Shown: positions 46,044 to 55,877, counted from the stretch's first letter. The stretch: 64,000 nt of DNA from an uncultured Gammaproteobacteria bacterium (GCA_964510885.1 CAZEDL010000006.1:12531-76530), one strand, 5' to 3'. The notes: generated from the sequence alone by a model not told the origin. A program made the numbers and translations.

Positions 46044-49000
46044 ATGTCTGATTTTGTCCATCTCCACGTCCACAGTCATTACTCCTTGCTTGATGCCTTG
46101 CCGCAAATTCCGGATCTCGTGTCCGAAGCTAAACGGCGCGGCTTCAAGGCTCTCGCGCTCACCGACCATGGCAACCTCTATGGCGCTATTGAATTTTACG
46201 AAGAATGTGAGAAGCAAGGGATTAAGCCTATCATCGGCGTAGAAGTCTATGTAGCGCCCGGGAGCCGGCAAGACAAGGCGACTCCACACCAAAAAATTAG
46301 TCACTTGGTTCTGCTTGCGGAAAATCGAACGGGCTACGATAACCTGATCCAGTTAGTGTCGATTGCCCAGCTTGAAGGGGTGATTGCTGGCAAAGCCTGT
46401 GTAGACAAAGACCTGCTGCGTAAGCATCATGACGGAATTATTGCCCTGTCCGGCTGCCTCGAAGGTGAACTCGGACAATTAATTTTTAAAGAAAGTAACC
46501 TCACGAAAGGTAAAGCGGCAGCACTCGAGTATCAGGATATTTTTGGGGCAAATAATTTTTTTCTCGAACTCGGTGACTTGCCGGCGCTACCCGGCCAATT
46601 CGAACTTAATGCCGGCCTCATTACCATCGCCAAAGAGACCAACATCCCCCTTGTTGTCACGCGCGACGCGCATTATCTGCATCCCGAAGACGGCGAAGCG
46701 CAGGATACGTTAGTCTGCATTCGCGATGGTGTGACTTCGGAAGAACCGAACCGTACCAGCCTGGTTGAAGTTGATTTATCGCTTGCTCCCGGGAATGTGA
46801 TCGCCGCTCGTTTCAAACATTTGCCCGAAGCGATAGCCAACACCGGCCGCATTGCCGACCGCATTGATTTAAAATTAAAGCTGAATCAGTGGCACTTTGC
46901 CGCTGTCGATTTGCCAGCTGGTGCTACCGCTGATACCTATTTGCGCCAGCTTGTCTACGAAAAATTACCCCTCCTCACCGAGATCACCGACGCCGTGCGA
47001 GAGCGAGTTGATTACGAACTCGACATTATTAGTAAAAAAGGCTACTCGCCTTACTTTTTAGTGGTGGCCGATTATGTGCAATATGCCCGCGATCACGGCA
47101 TTGTAGAAACCACTCGTGGCTCCGGTGCCGGCTCAATTGTGTCGTATGCCATGGGAATCACTACCGTCAATCCACTTTATTTCAAATTACCCTTTGAACG
47201 CTTTTTAAATCCGTTCCGCCCGAGCCCCCCTGATATCGACGCCGATTTTGCCGACGACCGCCGCGACGACATGATTGCCTATGTGACCAAAAAATATGGC
47301 GCCGACAAAGTGGCTCAGATCATCACCTTCGGAACCATGCAAGCGCGCGCTGCCGTGCGTGATGTTGGCCGGGCCCTCGGCTATTCATATTCCTTCTGTG
47401 ATCAGGTCGCCAAACTTATTCCCTTCGGCGCACAAGGCTTTCAGATGACGATCGACAAAGCGCTCGACCTTGAACCAGATCTCAAGAAATTATACCAGGC
47501 CAATCCGCAAGCGCAGCGTCTTTTGGATCTGGCGCGCAAAGTGGAAGGTTGTGCCCGCCATGCGTCGGTGCATGCGGCTGGAGTGGTAATCGCACCCACG
47601 CCACTGACTGATTTCACTCCCGTGCAGCGCGAAGCGGGTGGCGAAAAAGTGACTACTCAATATGATATGCACTCCGTGGAAGCCGCCGGACTTTTAAAAA
47701 TGGATTTTTTGGGAATCCGTAACCTCTCAATCCTCGGGCACGCTGTGGAAATCATTGAAAAAACGACCGCTCAAAAAATTGATATTCATAATCTCCCGTG
47801 GGACGATGCCAAAACGTACGCCATGCTGGCGCGCGGCGAAACTGTGGGTGTGTTTCAGCTCTCGGGCTCTGGCATGACCCGCTATCTCAAAGAACTTAAG
47901 CCAGCCAGCATCTTTGACATTATGGCCATGGTGGCGCTGTTCCGGCCCGGCCCGATGGAATCAATCCCTGAATATATCCGCCGCAAAAACCATGCTGAAT
48001 TGATTGAATATCTCGATCCGCGCATGAAAGAATATCTCGACCAGTCGCTCGGGCTGATTGTGTATCAAGATGACGTGCTCCTCACCGCTATCCATCTTGG
48101 CGGGTACAACTGGGAAGAAGCCGACAAATTTCGCAAAGCCATGGGTAAAAAAATTCCCGAAGAAATGGCCAAGCAAAAAGAAAAGTTTTTCAAAGGTTGT
48201 CGCGAATATGGCAAAGTGTCCGATCTCAAAATCCATCGTCTGTGGGAGCTGATCGAGCCCTTTGCGGCCTACGGGTTTAACAAAGCCCATGCCGCGAGCT
48301 ATGGCGTCGTCGCTTACCAAACCGCCTACCTCAAAGCTAATTTCCCGCTGCAATACATGACGGCAGTCCTCATCGCCGAAAGCGGTGATATAGAAAAAGT
48401 CCCTGAAATTATTCAGGAATGTGAGCGCATGGGCGTAAAAGTTTTACCGCCCGACATTAACGCCAGCTTCAAAAGTTTTGCCATGGTCACGCCCGAGGAT
48501 GGGGGAGAGGCCCATATTCGGTTTGGCCTGTCAGGTATTAAAAATGTTGGTGAACATATTGCGGAAGTCATCTATCGCGAACGCCAAGAGCATGGTAAAT
48601 ATAAAAATTTGGAAGATCTGCTCACACGTATCAAAGATCGCGACCTCAACAAAAAATCTTTGGAAAGTTTGATCAAATGCGGAGCCTTTGATTCCTTTGG
48701 ATTTGATCGGAATCACTTGCTCATGAATGTCGAAAACATGCTGGCCTTTTTCCGGGCAGTCCATGAAGATACCAGCTCGCGCCAGCATTCTCTTTTTGCC
48801 GGCACCGCTCTTGAAGGGGTAAAAAAGCTCCGCCTGGATCCGGCACCCGACAGCACCGAAGCCCAAAAGCTCGTCTGGGAAAAAGAGCTGCTTGGATTGT
48901 ATGTGTCCTCTCATCCATTTATTCGCTATCAGGAAATGTTTGGCGCAACTCTCACGCGCGTGACAGATCTGCCCGGGAAGCCGCGTTCGACATGGGTAGT

Positions 49001-49544
49001 GGTGGGTGGCGTGATCGATAGCACCAAAAAGAAAATTACTCGGAGCGGTAAAGCTATGATGTTTGTGACCGTGCAAGACACCAGCGGCAGCCTGGAATTA
49101 TTGGTCTTCCCCAAAACCTACGAAACCACCAAAGATATCTGGGTGCCCGGCGCGCTCGTAGCGGTGGTTGGCAAAACTGGCGATGAAGAAGGGGATGATA
49201 AATTGTTTGTAGAAAAAGCCTATGCTATCACCGAGGCCAGCGCTCCGCTATTGATTCAGCAATTATCGGCCGGTTCTGCGGGTGTTAGCTTGCGTAAACA
49301 TGCCGGCGCTTTTGGGCTCTCCGGGCCAAAAATGGTACAAACAGCAGACGGAAATATTGAAATTACATTATCAAACAGCGAAGCCGCGGCTCGCTCTAAC
49401 GCTCTCAAAGAGATCTTTAAAAAGTATCCTGGATCAGCGCAGGTTTATTTGATAGTTGGTGATAAAAAAATAAAAACAGCCTTTACTATCGAAGCCTCAG
49501 CTGTGTGTTTGCAGGAATTTAAATCTTTAGGGATAGGAGTATGA
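46044..49544 (+). CDS. dnaE: DNA polymerase III alpha subunit
   Basis: FVHLHVHSHYSLLD, RGSGAGS, PDIDAD, KMDFLG, FNKAHA; no intein evident. Confidence 0.97.
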   Translation: MSDFVHLHVHSHYSLLDALPQIPDLVSEAKRRGFKALALTDHGNLYGAIEFYEECEKQGIKPIIGVEVYVAPGSRQDKATPHQKISHLVLLAENRTGYDNLIQLVSIAQLEGVIAGKACVDKDLLRKHHDGIIALSGCLEGELGQLIFKESNLTKGKAAALEYQDIFGANNFFLELGDLPALPGQFELNAGLITIAKETNIPLVVTRDAHYLHPEDGEAQDTLVCIRDGVTSEEPNRTSLVEVDLSLAPGNVIAARFKHLPEAIANTGRIADRIDLKLKLNQWHFAAVDLPAGATADTYLRQLVYEKLPLLTEITDAVRERVDYELDIISKKGYSPYFLVVADYVQYARDHGIVETTRGSGAGSIVSYAMGITTVNPLYFKLPFERFLNPFRPSPPDIDADFADDRRDDMIAYVTKKYGADKVAQIITFGTMQARAAVRDVGRALGYSYSFCDQVAKLIPFGAQGFQMTIDKALDLEPDLKKLYQANPQAQRLLDLARKVEGCARHASVHAAGVVIAPTPLTDFTPVQREAGGEKVTTQYDMHSVEAAGLLKMDFLGIRNLSILGHAVEIIEKTTAQKIDIHNLPWDDAKTYAMLARGETVGVFQLSGSGMTRYLKELKPASIFDIMAMVALFRPGPMESIPEYIRRKNHAELIEYLDPRMKEYLDQSLGLIVYQDDVLLTAIHLGGYNWEEADKFRKAMGKKIPEEMAKQKEKFFKGCREYGKVSDLKIHRLWELIEPFAAYGFNKAHAASYGVVAYQTAYLKANFPLQYMTAVLIAESGDIEKVPEIIQECERMGVKVLPPDINASFKSFAMVTPEDGGEAHIRFGLSGIKNVGEHIAEVIYRERQEHGKYKNLEDLLTRIKDRDLNKKSLESLIKCGAFDSFGFDRNHLLMNVENMLAFFRAVHEDTSSRQHSLFAGTALEGVKKLRLDPAPDSTEAQKLVWEKELLGLYVSSHPFIRYQEMFGATLTRVTDLPGKPRSTWVVVGGVIDSTKKKITRSGKAMMFVTVQDTSGSLELLVFPKTYETTKDIWVPGALVAVVGKTGDEEGDDKLFVEKAYAITEASAPLLIQQLSAGSAGVSLRKHAGAFGLSGPKMVQTADGNIEITLSNSEAAARSNALKEIFKKYPGSAQVYLIVGDKKIKTAFTIEASAVCLQEFKSLGIGV

Positions 49545-49553
49545 CGTTTTCCT

Positions 49554-49591
49554 AAACAAAAAACTGTCCACCATAGGACAGTTTTTTGTTT
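49554..49591. terminator. Bidirectional terminator
   Basis: AAACAAAAAACTGTCC-accata-GGACAGTTTTTTGTTT. Confidence 0.75.
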
Positions 49592-50705
49592 ACATTTTTT
49601 CAATTTCTTTATCGATCTTCCAATTCGGATCAACATGCAAATTTTTCCAGTGCGTAAATTTTTTATCCACTGCCAAGTAGTACCCTGCCGCCGCAATCAT
49701 CGCTCCATTATCCATACAGTATTTAAATGTGGGAATCTGGAATTTAGAATTTGGAATATGAATGGCGATCTGCTGTCCTAGTGTGTCGCGGAGCCTCTTG
49801 TTAGCTGCCACCCCACCCGCCAAAATAATGGTATGTGGCTGATACTGTTTTGCCGCTTTGATTGTTTTAGTCACCAGCACATCAACAATAGCCTGTTCAA
49901 AACTAGCACAAAAATCAGCTACGGTAATGGCAGCTGGTACTTGGCCAAACATGCCGGCCGGTAGAGGAGGGGGGATGAGTGACAAAGCTGCCAAGTTATG
50001 ATCTCGCAACCAATAAAGTGCCGCTGTTTTAAGGCCCGAAAAACTGAAATTAAAATTATCTTGATCCAGCATCGGCCGAGGGAAACGAATAGCGTCTGGG
50101 TTGCCTCCTAATGCCTGCTTAGAAATCTGCGGCCCGCCCGGGTAGGGGAATCCGAGCAGTTTAGCAACTTTATCAAAGCACTCACCAGCCGCATCATCCG
50201 CTGTGTGCCCGAGGCGCTCATACTCGGTATGACTCTTCATCAAAATAAGTTCGGTGTGCCCACCACTGACTAATAAAGCTAATGCCGGAAAAATAATCTC
50301 GGTATTTGGTTCTTGAGCGGTGCCAGTATTTTTAATTTCTACCGAGTGAATATGGCCTGACAAATGATTAGTAGCTACCACTCTAATATCGCGCGCAAAG
50401 CTAAGCGCTCGTGCGGCCTCTACGCCGACCACGAGCCCAGTCACAAGTCCTGGCCCTGCGGTCACTGCAATCACATCAGGTTTCAGTCGCTCTCCATTTG
50501 TACCCGTGAGCACTGCTTCAATCAGCGGCACAATTTTTTCCGCATGCATGCGTCCCGCAATTTCTGGCACCACTCCACCATACTTTTTATGAACCTCAAT
50601 TTGTGAGGCAGTTTTTTCGTTTACAACAAATAAACCCTGCTCTGAACATTCGAGCAGGGCGACTGATGTATCGTCACAAGAAGATTCGATACCGAGAACC
50701 AGCAT
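49590..50705 (-). CDS. tsaD: tRNA threonylcarbamoyltransferase TsaD
   Basis: LGIESSCDDT, YGGVVPEIA, HLSGH, LVSGGHT, DDAAGECFDK, DNGAMIA. Confidence 0.96.
   Translation of the reverse strand: MLVLGIESSCDDTSVALLECSEQGLFVVNEKTASQIEVHKKYGGVVPEIAGRMHAEKIVPLIEAVLTGTNGERLKPDVIAVTAGPGLVTGLVVGVEAARALSFARDIRVVATNHLSGHIHSVEIKNTGTAQEPNTEIIFPALALLVSGGHTELILMKSHTEYERLGHTADDAAGECFDKVAKLLGFPYPGGPQISKQALGGNPDAIRFPRPMLDQDNFNFSFSGLKTAALYWLRDHNLAALSLIPPPLPAGMFGQVPAAITVADFCASFEQAIVDVLVTKTIKAAKQYQPHTIILAGGVAANKRLRDTLGQQIAIHIPNSKFQIPTFKYCMDNGAMIAAAGYYLAVDKKFTHWKNLHVDPNWKIDKEIEKM
49732..49759 (-). repeat. Four heptamer units in frame in tsaD
   Basis: ggaatct ggaattt agaattt ggaatat on +, translated as IPNSKFQIP on -. 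Confidence 0.7.
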
Positions 50706-50756
50706 AGATAGTTATATCTCAACTAGATTTGATTTCAGCAATTCGCAGCGCTGAAA

Positions 50757-50889
50757 TGGGGAGGGTTTAGGAATCGTTAGGTTCCCGCTCCGCCAGCTGG
50801 CGGATGCGGCGGGGGAATCAGTCCCGACAAAGTCGGGACGCCCAAGGCGGCGGAAGCCACCTGGGAAAATCACCGCCGCGCGGTGATTT
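50757..50889. repeat. Cluster of GC-rich palindromes abutting the tRNA 3' end
   Basis: TCCGCCAGCTGGCGGA 50789-804, GTCCCGAC-aaa-GTCGGGAC 50821-39, GGAA-capped stem 50841-65, AAATCACCGC/GCGGTGATTT 50867-89. Confidence 0.65.
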
Positions 50890-50890
50890 G

Positions 50891-50964
50891 TGTCAGAGGG
50901 GAGAATCGAACTCCCGACCTCGGGGTTATGAATCCCGTGCTCTAACCGACTGAGCTACCCTGAC
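50891..50964 (-). tRNA. tRNA with CAT anticodon (elongator Met or Ile2)
   Basis: GTCAGGG/CTCTGAC acceptor, TAGCTCAGTCGGTTAGAGC, TT-CAT-AA loop, GTTCGATT; paired 1-72, so not the initiator. Confidence 0.9.
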
Positions 50965-51080
50965 AGCTGCAAAAAACAGTGAGGCCATACTATATAATTT
51001 TGGTCCAACTGTCAATCTAATTATCCTACATGGCTTAAAAAATATCTGCAAAGACGGGTTAAAAATTGTCGTTTCCAAAG

Positions 51081-51113
51081 CGACCCCCTACAGCACAGTG
51101 CTGCAGGGGGTCG
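51081..51113 (-). other. Strong 3' hairpin of the hydroxylase gene
   Basis: Minus strand CGACCCCCTGCAGCA-ctg-TGCTGTAGGGGGTCG (15 bp, one G-U). Confidence 0.7.
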
Positions 51114-51122
51114 GGCGGTGGC

Positions 51123-51920
51123 TTACCACCATGTAATATTGACATGACTCCAGGCCTCCCACCAACGGCTCCAGTTCCATTTCCAGGGCCAACCGTAGGT
51201 GGCCAGCCGCTTCCACCAGGGTGGCAGATGTGTGGTGCCGAAGAGTCGGTCAGCGATAGCCAAGCGACTGGTGATTTCGAGCCACATGCTCGGGCCACCC
51301 TTCATCGAGAAGCCGAACTGGCGGCCATAGCCATGGTGCAATCCATGGTGCGGGCGACAGCCAGCAATCAGCCAGCCATAAGCCCCGGTCGGCTGCCATT
51401 CGGTGTGGAGGGTAAAGTGCACCACATCGATCCACCAGGCTTTGCCGATGGCGTACGTAATGGCCGCTAGCGCCACCCGCGGGCTCAAGAACCAAAGCCA
51501 CCCGAATACCGCCCAGTCAGCGAGGACAGCTGCTGGCATTGAGCGGAGCGGGAAGAAGAGCTCGGACAGATCGCTCGGGTTCGCATGGTGCGCCCCGTGG
51601 CTCCGGCGTGGGCCACGGGGTAAGATTAGGCTCGTCCATTTCAGCACACCGCGCGGCACATGCTGCACATTGCCATGGATGAACCATTCAAGAGAGAGCT
51701 TGATGAACAGAATCAGGCCGATCGCGATGAGGGCGAGCACCCAGTGATGCGGAGTGCTGGTGAAGCGCGGTACGCGAAAAAAGGCGGCAAGATGGGTGAG
51801 GAATAGCAGGGCCAGGAACCACGGGGTCGGCTCCCTGATGATAATGGCGAGCGCCTTCTCAAAGGTGTCAGTGTTCGGAATAAAAAAGCTCGGGCTCGGC
51901 TTGGCGTTAGTCGGAGTCAT
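51123..51920 (-). CDS. Fatty acid hydroxylase / sterol desaturase superfamily protein, GC-rich
   Basis: His boxes EWFIHGNVQH, HGAHH, VVHFTLH, HHGLHH; TM segments; AAGGAGG 6 nt before ATG 51920. Confidence 0.8.
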   Translation of the reverse strand: MTPTNAKPSPSFFIPNTDTFEKALAIIIREPTPWFLALLFLTHLAAFFRVPRFTSTPHHWVLALIAIGLILFIKLSLEWFIHGNVQHVPRGVLKWTSLILPRGPRRSHGAHHANPSDLSELFFPLRSMPAAVLADWAVFGWLWFLSPRVALAAITYAIGKAWWIDVVHFTLHTEWQPTGAYGWLIAGCRPHHGLHHGYGRQFGFSMKGGPSMWLEITSRLAIADRLFGTTHLPPWWKRLATYGWPWKWNWSRWWEAWSHVNITWW

Positions 51921-51942
51921 GGCAAACCTCCTTGCCTTTTTT

Positions 51943-52079
51943 GGCATAAAGCCGTTGTTAAAAATAGGCGAACAGATGTTCCTGTATTTTGAACAGCGGC
52001 CGTGCCGATGTAAAAGAACTGATTAATTTTAAAAAGATAAAGATAGTTCTAACCTAGCATAGCCGCTTAAGACTGTCTA
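51943..52079 (-). promoter_or_regulatory. Promoter, boxA-like motif and long 5' hairpin
   Basis: TAGACA(52079-74)-17-TAGGTT with extended TG; AGTTCTTTTACA 52020-09; hairpin 52006-51943. Confidence 0.55.
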
Positions 52080-52322
52080 TAAATTAGTAGTCGAGCTTGA
52101 TGAATAGTCACCAAAAACTCGTTTTGTCATTCCCACCCCCGCTTACGCTGGGGGTAAACTCCGGCGGGAATCCAGTCACGCGTCATCGTACTAGGCTCAA
52201 CCTGTCATTCTGAGCGTTAGCGAAGAATCCCTTAAAGTTAAATTTTGGTATTAGTTTTAGCGTCAAGGGATCTTTCACTGCGTTCAGGATGACACTTGCC
52301 CGCCAAGCTCGTTTATGAACAA
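52071..52322 (-). repeat. REP/MITE-like palindromic element, copy C
   Basis: Core 52125-52294 is a reverse-complement homologue of copies A and B; outer imperfect IRs TGTCTATAAA..GAGCTTG / CAAGCTC.TTTATGAACA. Confidence 0.8.
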
Positions 52323-52377
52323 TATCTCACTAATAAAAAATCCCGCCACCAGGCGGGATTTAATAACTAATTAAAAC

Positions 52378-52866
52378 TTATTGAGCCAAGCTGCTGTCAG
52401 CGGCCGTGGTCGCTACCGCTGTTCCACCAGTACAGCCTTTTACCGCCGTGCGGAATTGAGTCTCCGCTGCTTTTGCAGCCGTCACATGAGCCTTGACCGC
52501 AGTGCGATGACTGGTGCGATAAGTGCTCCACGCAGCTGCGATTGCTGTATTTCGAGCGCTTACTTCGGTCTGAGCCCAGGCACTAACGAGTGCTGTCTTA
52601 CGAGTTGCTAACGCACTCGCTTGCGCGCTGCTAAAAGTGGTAAAAGCACTAGCAAGAGCATCTTCACGAACCCCAACTGCTGCCCCCACACAAGCAGTAT
52701 CGAGCGTAGCTCCTGACTTACGAGCTACCTTTGCTTCCATCTTAGTTTCAAGTTTTGCATCCCGCGCTTCTAGCTTGGTTTCCATATTCAGGCCCATCGC
52801 CGCTACTGGGCTCGTCATAAGGAGCGAAGACGCTACCAACACACTACCAATAAATTTATTAAGCAT
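52378..52866 (-). CDS. Secreted Ala-rich helical protein
   Basis: Signal peptide ending PVAA; two Cys; helical repeats. Confidence 0.7.
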   Translation of the reverse strand: MLNKFIGSVLVASSLLMTSPVAAMGLNMETKLEARDAKLETKMEAKVARKSGATLDTACVGAAVGVREDALASAFTTFSSAQASALATRKTALVSAWAQTEVSARNTAIAAAWSTYRTSHRTAVKAHVTAAKAAETQFRTAVKGCTGGTAVATTAADSSLAQ

Positions 52867-53016
52867 AACAAAAATAATTAACTAGTATAAAAAATAATCT
52901 GACTCGACCTTTTGTTTCTACAGTATACACTATTTTTTACCATTGGTTACAGATATAACTTTGTTTATTGCCGAAGCTCGTGGTAAGATCCGTGGAGAAA
53001 ACCCCTTATAAATGCT

Positions 53017-53625
53017 ATGAACACGCTTTCCTTTAATTCAATTCTCGCCTGGGTCGCCGCCCAAGGCTATCCACTTGTCTTCTTAGGCATGTGTGCCGAA
53101 GGCCCTGCAGTCACCGCCGCCTCGGCCTTCACCGCCGCCCTCGGTCACTTCAACCCGTGGGTTATTTTGTTATTATCGATTTTAGGCGATCTAATTCCCG
53201 ACACCATTTATTATTATATCGGCTTCTTCGGCCGCCTCAGTATGGTGAAGTGGATCGAAAAACGGGCCAAGGCCACCCCCAGCCGCCTCGATAAACTGCA
53301 CCACCTCATGCATCAAAATCATACCAAGACCATGCTTACCCTTAAATTTACACCTTTTATCGCCATTCCTGGATTTATCATGATCGGTGCCAAACGGTGG
53401 TCTTACTGGCGATTTATTTGGGTGTGTGCCCTGATCACCGTACCAAAATCTATCATCTTGGTCTTGCTTGGTTATTATGCTGGTGACTTTCTCAAACTCC
53501 ACCCCGGCTATCTGGAACGGTTCGATGTTGTTTTACTCTGCCTACTATTTTTGTTTATTGGTGTGCCATTCCTCTATTCACGCATATCAGTATATATTGC
53601 CAACCGGCTTGAGAAAAAGGTATGA
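53017..53625 (+). CDS. DedA/VTT family membrane protein
   Basis: GYPLVFLG..EGP, GDLIPD..YYIG, KFTP, LGYYAG. Confidence 0.85.
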   Translation: MNTLSFNSILAWVAAQGYPLVFLGMCAEGPAVTAASAFTAALGHFNPWVILLLSILGDLIPDTIYYYIGFFGRLSMVKWIEKRAKATPSRLDKLHHLMHQNHTKTMLTLKFTPFIAIPGFIMIGAKRWSYWRFIWVCALITVPKSIILVLLGYYAGDFLKLHPGYLERFDVVLLCLLFLFIGVPFLYSRISVYIANRLEKKV

Positions 53626-54806
53626 GGCTGGCATTGTTTTCCGACAATTTTTATCCGGAATTAAGCGGCATCACCGATTCGCTGCTCGTACTCGGCCGCG
53701 AACTGGCAGAGGCCGGCCACACCGTAGCTTTTTTTGTCCCATACTACAGTGAAAAAAATTTCTTACGCTCCAATCTATCACCCGCTGAAATATCGATCGC
53801 GCCGAGAGTCAACATCATTCGTTTGCCCTCATACCCCTTTCCCACCGGTACCCGCCAAGGCCGCCTGGTAATTCCCTGGCCACATCTGACTCTAGAAGTT
53901 GCTCGCTTCCGCCCCGATATTATTCATACCCATTTATTTTTTGGGGTGGGTCTCGTTGCGCTGCGCGCGGCCCGCGAACTTAGGGTCCCACTCCTCGGCA
54001 CCAATCACACGCTACTGTCCGAATTCATGCGTCTTAGCCCAATTGGTAAAAGTTTTCTGTCATATCTCGGCAATGCTTATGTCCGCTGGTACTACAATCA
54101 CTGTGCCGAGATTACCGTGCCCGCCACTAGCCTGCGGGAAAGCATGATCACGAGCGGAGTTACTCGGCCCATCACCATCATGGATAATCCGATTGATGCC
54201 ACTATCTTTAAACCAGTAACCGCGGCCGATAAAGCGCGCTATCGAAGCAAGTGGCAGTGCACCGGGCCGACTGTTGTCTACGCTGGCCGCCTGTCCGGCG
54301 AAAAAAATGTGGCCGCGGTGATAAGCGCCTTCACCGAAGTGGTGCGGGTCCTGCCGGAAGCAGAACTGGTGCTTGCGGGCCATGGCAGTTTGGAATCAGA
54401 CCTGCGCTCTCAAGCAGCCAAGAGCCCTGCTGACAAGCGCATTCGATTTCTCGGCACCCTTGATAAAGCCTCTTTGGCCGAAGTCTATGTGGCGAGTGAT
54501 CTGTTTGTCACGGCCAGCCCCTCCGAAAATCAACCGCTTACACTGCTGCAGGCACTGGCCACTGGTTTGCCAGCTGTTGGGGTGCGCTCTGGCGGCCTCA
54601 GCGAATATATCCGTCCGGAATATGGCCGTTTGGCCGAAGTGGGGGATACCCTCGGGTTTGCCCGCCACATCCGCTATTATTTGCAGCACCCCGAGGAGTT
54701 GTCAGTCGCCTCCACCGCCGCGATAGCTGCCTCCCATCGTTTTTCCAGCGCTGTAGTAAGCCAAAAATGGCTTACATTATACCAATCCCTGCTTAAAAAA
54801 CCTTGA
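53622..54806 (+). CDS. GT4 glycosyltransferase (diacylglycerol glucosyltransferase-like)
   Basis: FSDNFYPELSG, DIIHTH, GTNHT, YAGRLSGEKN, SENQPLTLLQALATGLP. Confidence 0.88.
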   Translation: MRLALFSDNFYPELSGITDSLLVLGRELAEAGHTVAFFVPYYSEKNFLRSNLSPAEISIAPRVNIIRLPSYPFPTGTRQGRLVIPWPHLTLEVARFRPDIIHTHLFFGVGLVALRAARELRVPLLGTNHTLLSEFMRLSPIGKSFLSYLGNAYVRWYYNHCAEITVPATSLRESMITSGVTRPITIMDNPIDATIFKPVTAADKARYRSKWQCTGPTVVYAGRLSGEKNVAAVISAFTEVVRVLPEAELVLAGHGSLESDLRSQAAKSPADKRIRFLGTLDKASLAEVYVASDLFVTASPSENQPLTLLQALATGLPAVGVRSGGLSEYIRPEYGRLAEVGDTLGFARHIRYYLQHPEELSVASTAAIAASHRFSSAVVSQKWLTLYQSLLKKP

Positions 54807-54866
54807 AATCAGTCCCTAGACTCAGGTACAATATCTCTCTATCTGATTGTACATTTGAGAGGAGTT

Positions 54867-55877
54867 ATGAAGATCAGTTTTGTTATCCCAGCCTACAACG
54901 AACAAGATTATCTCGGCCTCTGCCTTGATTCAGTCCTGCGGGAACTAAGCCGTGGCACCTATGATGCCGAGATTATTGTCGTTAACAACGCCAGCACCGA
55001 CAACACTCCGGCTGTCGCGGCTTCATTCCCGGGCGTCACCGTTGTCACCGAAACCAAAAAAGGCCTCACCGCTGCCCGCGCCGCTGGTTTTCGCGCGGCC
55101 ACGGGCGAACTAATTGCCAATATTGATGCCGATACCATGCTCCCGCCGGGCTGGCTCGCCACCGTTATGGCCGAATTTTCTAAGCGGCCAAATTTAGTGG
55201 CACTCAGCGGCCCCATGGCCTACTACGATGTCCCATTTATGACCAACCTGGCGCGCTGGACATTCTATGGCCTCGCCTACGTATCATACGTGGTTAATAA
55301 ATGCATTCTTAAAATTGGCTCACTGGTGCAAGGGGGTAACTTCGTTGTCCGCCGCTCGGCCCTGCAGCAAATCGGCGGCTATGACACCGCCTTTGAATTC
55401 TATGGCGAAGATGCCGACATGGCCCGCCGCCTCCACAAAGTCGGCGATGTCAGATTTACGTTTCGCTTGCCTATGAATAGCTCCGGCCGCCGCCTGATTG
55501 TCGAAGGCGCCTGGACTACCGCTTATCACTACGCCGCCAATTATTTCTCCACCCTAATTTTAAAAAAACCAATCACCACCACTGCCCGCGCTGTGCGCAG
55601 TGCTGACGTGGAATCGATCGCCGATACTCAGTCGCCGCTGCGCAAAACCGGATTATTTGTCGCCCTCGGCGCGGTTACTCTTGCCGTCATTGGCGCCGGA
55701 GTGCTCGTTGGTAATCAGAACATCGCCAAAAGTAATGGGGCTGTGGCTCGCGTACAACTCGCTATGCCGGCTACCACCGTGAAGCTGGCGCGCCTCGAAG
55801 ATCGTATCTCCACCAAACTACAGGAATGGTACAGCTATATAAAAGATACCGAAGTCTACGAAACGATAACTAACTAG
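54867..55877 (+). CDS. GT2 glycosyltransferase with C-terminal TM extension
   Basis: ISFVIPAYNE, VNNASTD, IDAD, GGNF, GED, SSGRR. Confidence 0.88.
   Translation: MKISFVIPAYNEQDYLGLCLDSVLRELSRGTYDAEIIVVNNASTDNTPAVAASFPGVTVVTETKKGLTAARAAGFRAATGELIANIDADTMLPPGWLATVMAEFSKRPNLVALSGPMAYYDVPFMTNLARWTFYGLAYVSYVVNKCILKIGSLVQGGNFVVRRSALQQIGGYDTAFEFYGEDADMARRLHKVGDVRFTFRLPMNSSGRRLIVEGAWTTAYHYAANYFSTLILKKPITTTARAVRSADVESIADTQSPLRKTGLFVALGAVTLAVIGAGVLVGNQNIAKSNGAVARVQLAMPATTVKLARLEDRISTKLQEWYSYIKDTEVYETITN

Noticed and set aside
50841-50865. GGAA-capped hairpin as possible SRP RNA
   Set aside because: Lacks the CAGG/AGCA symmetric loop and the long SRP helix
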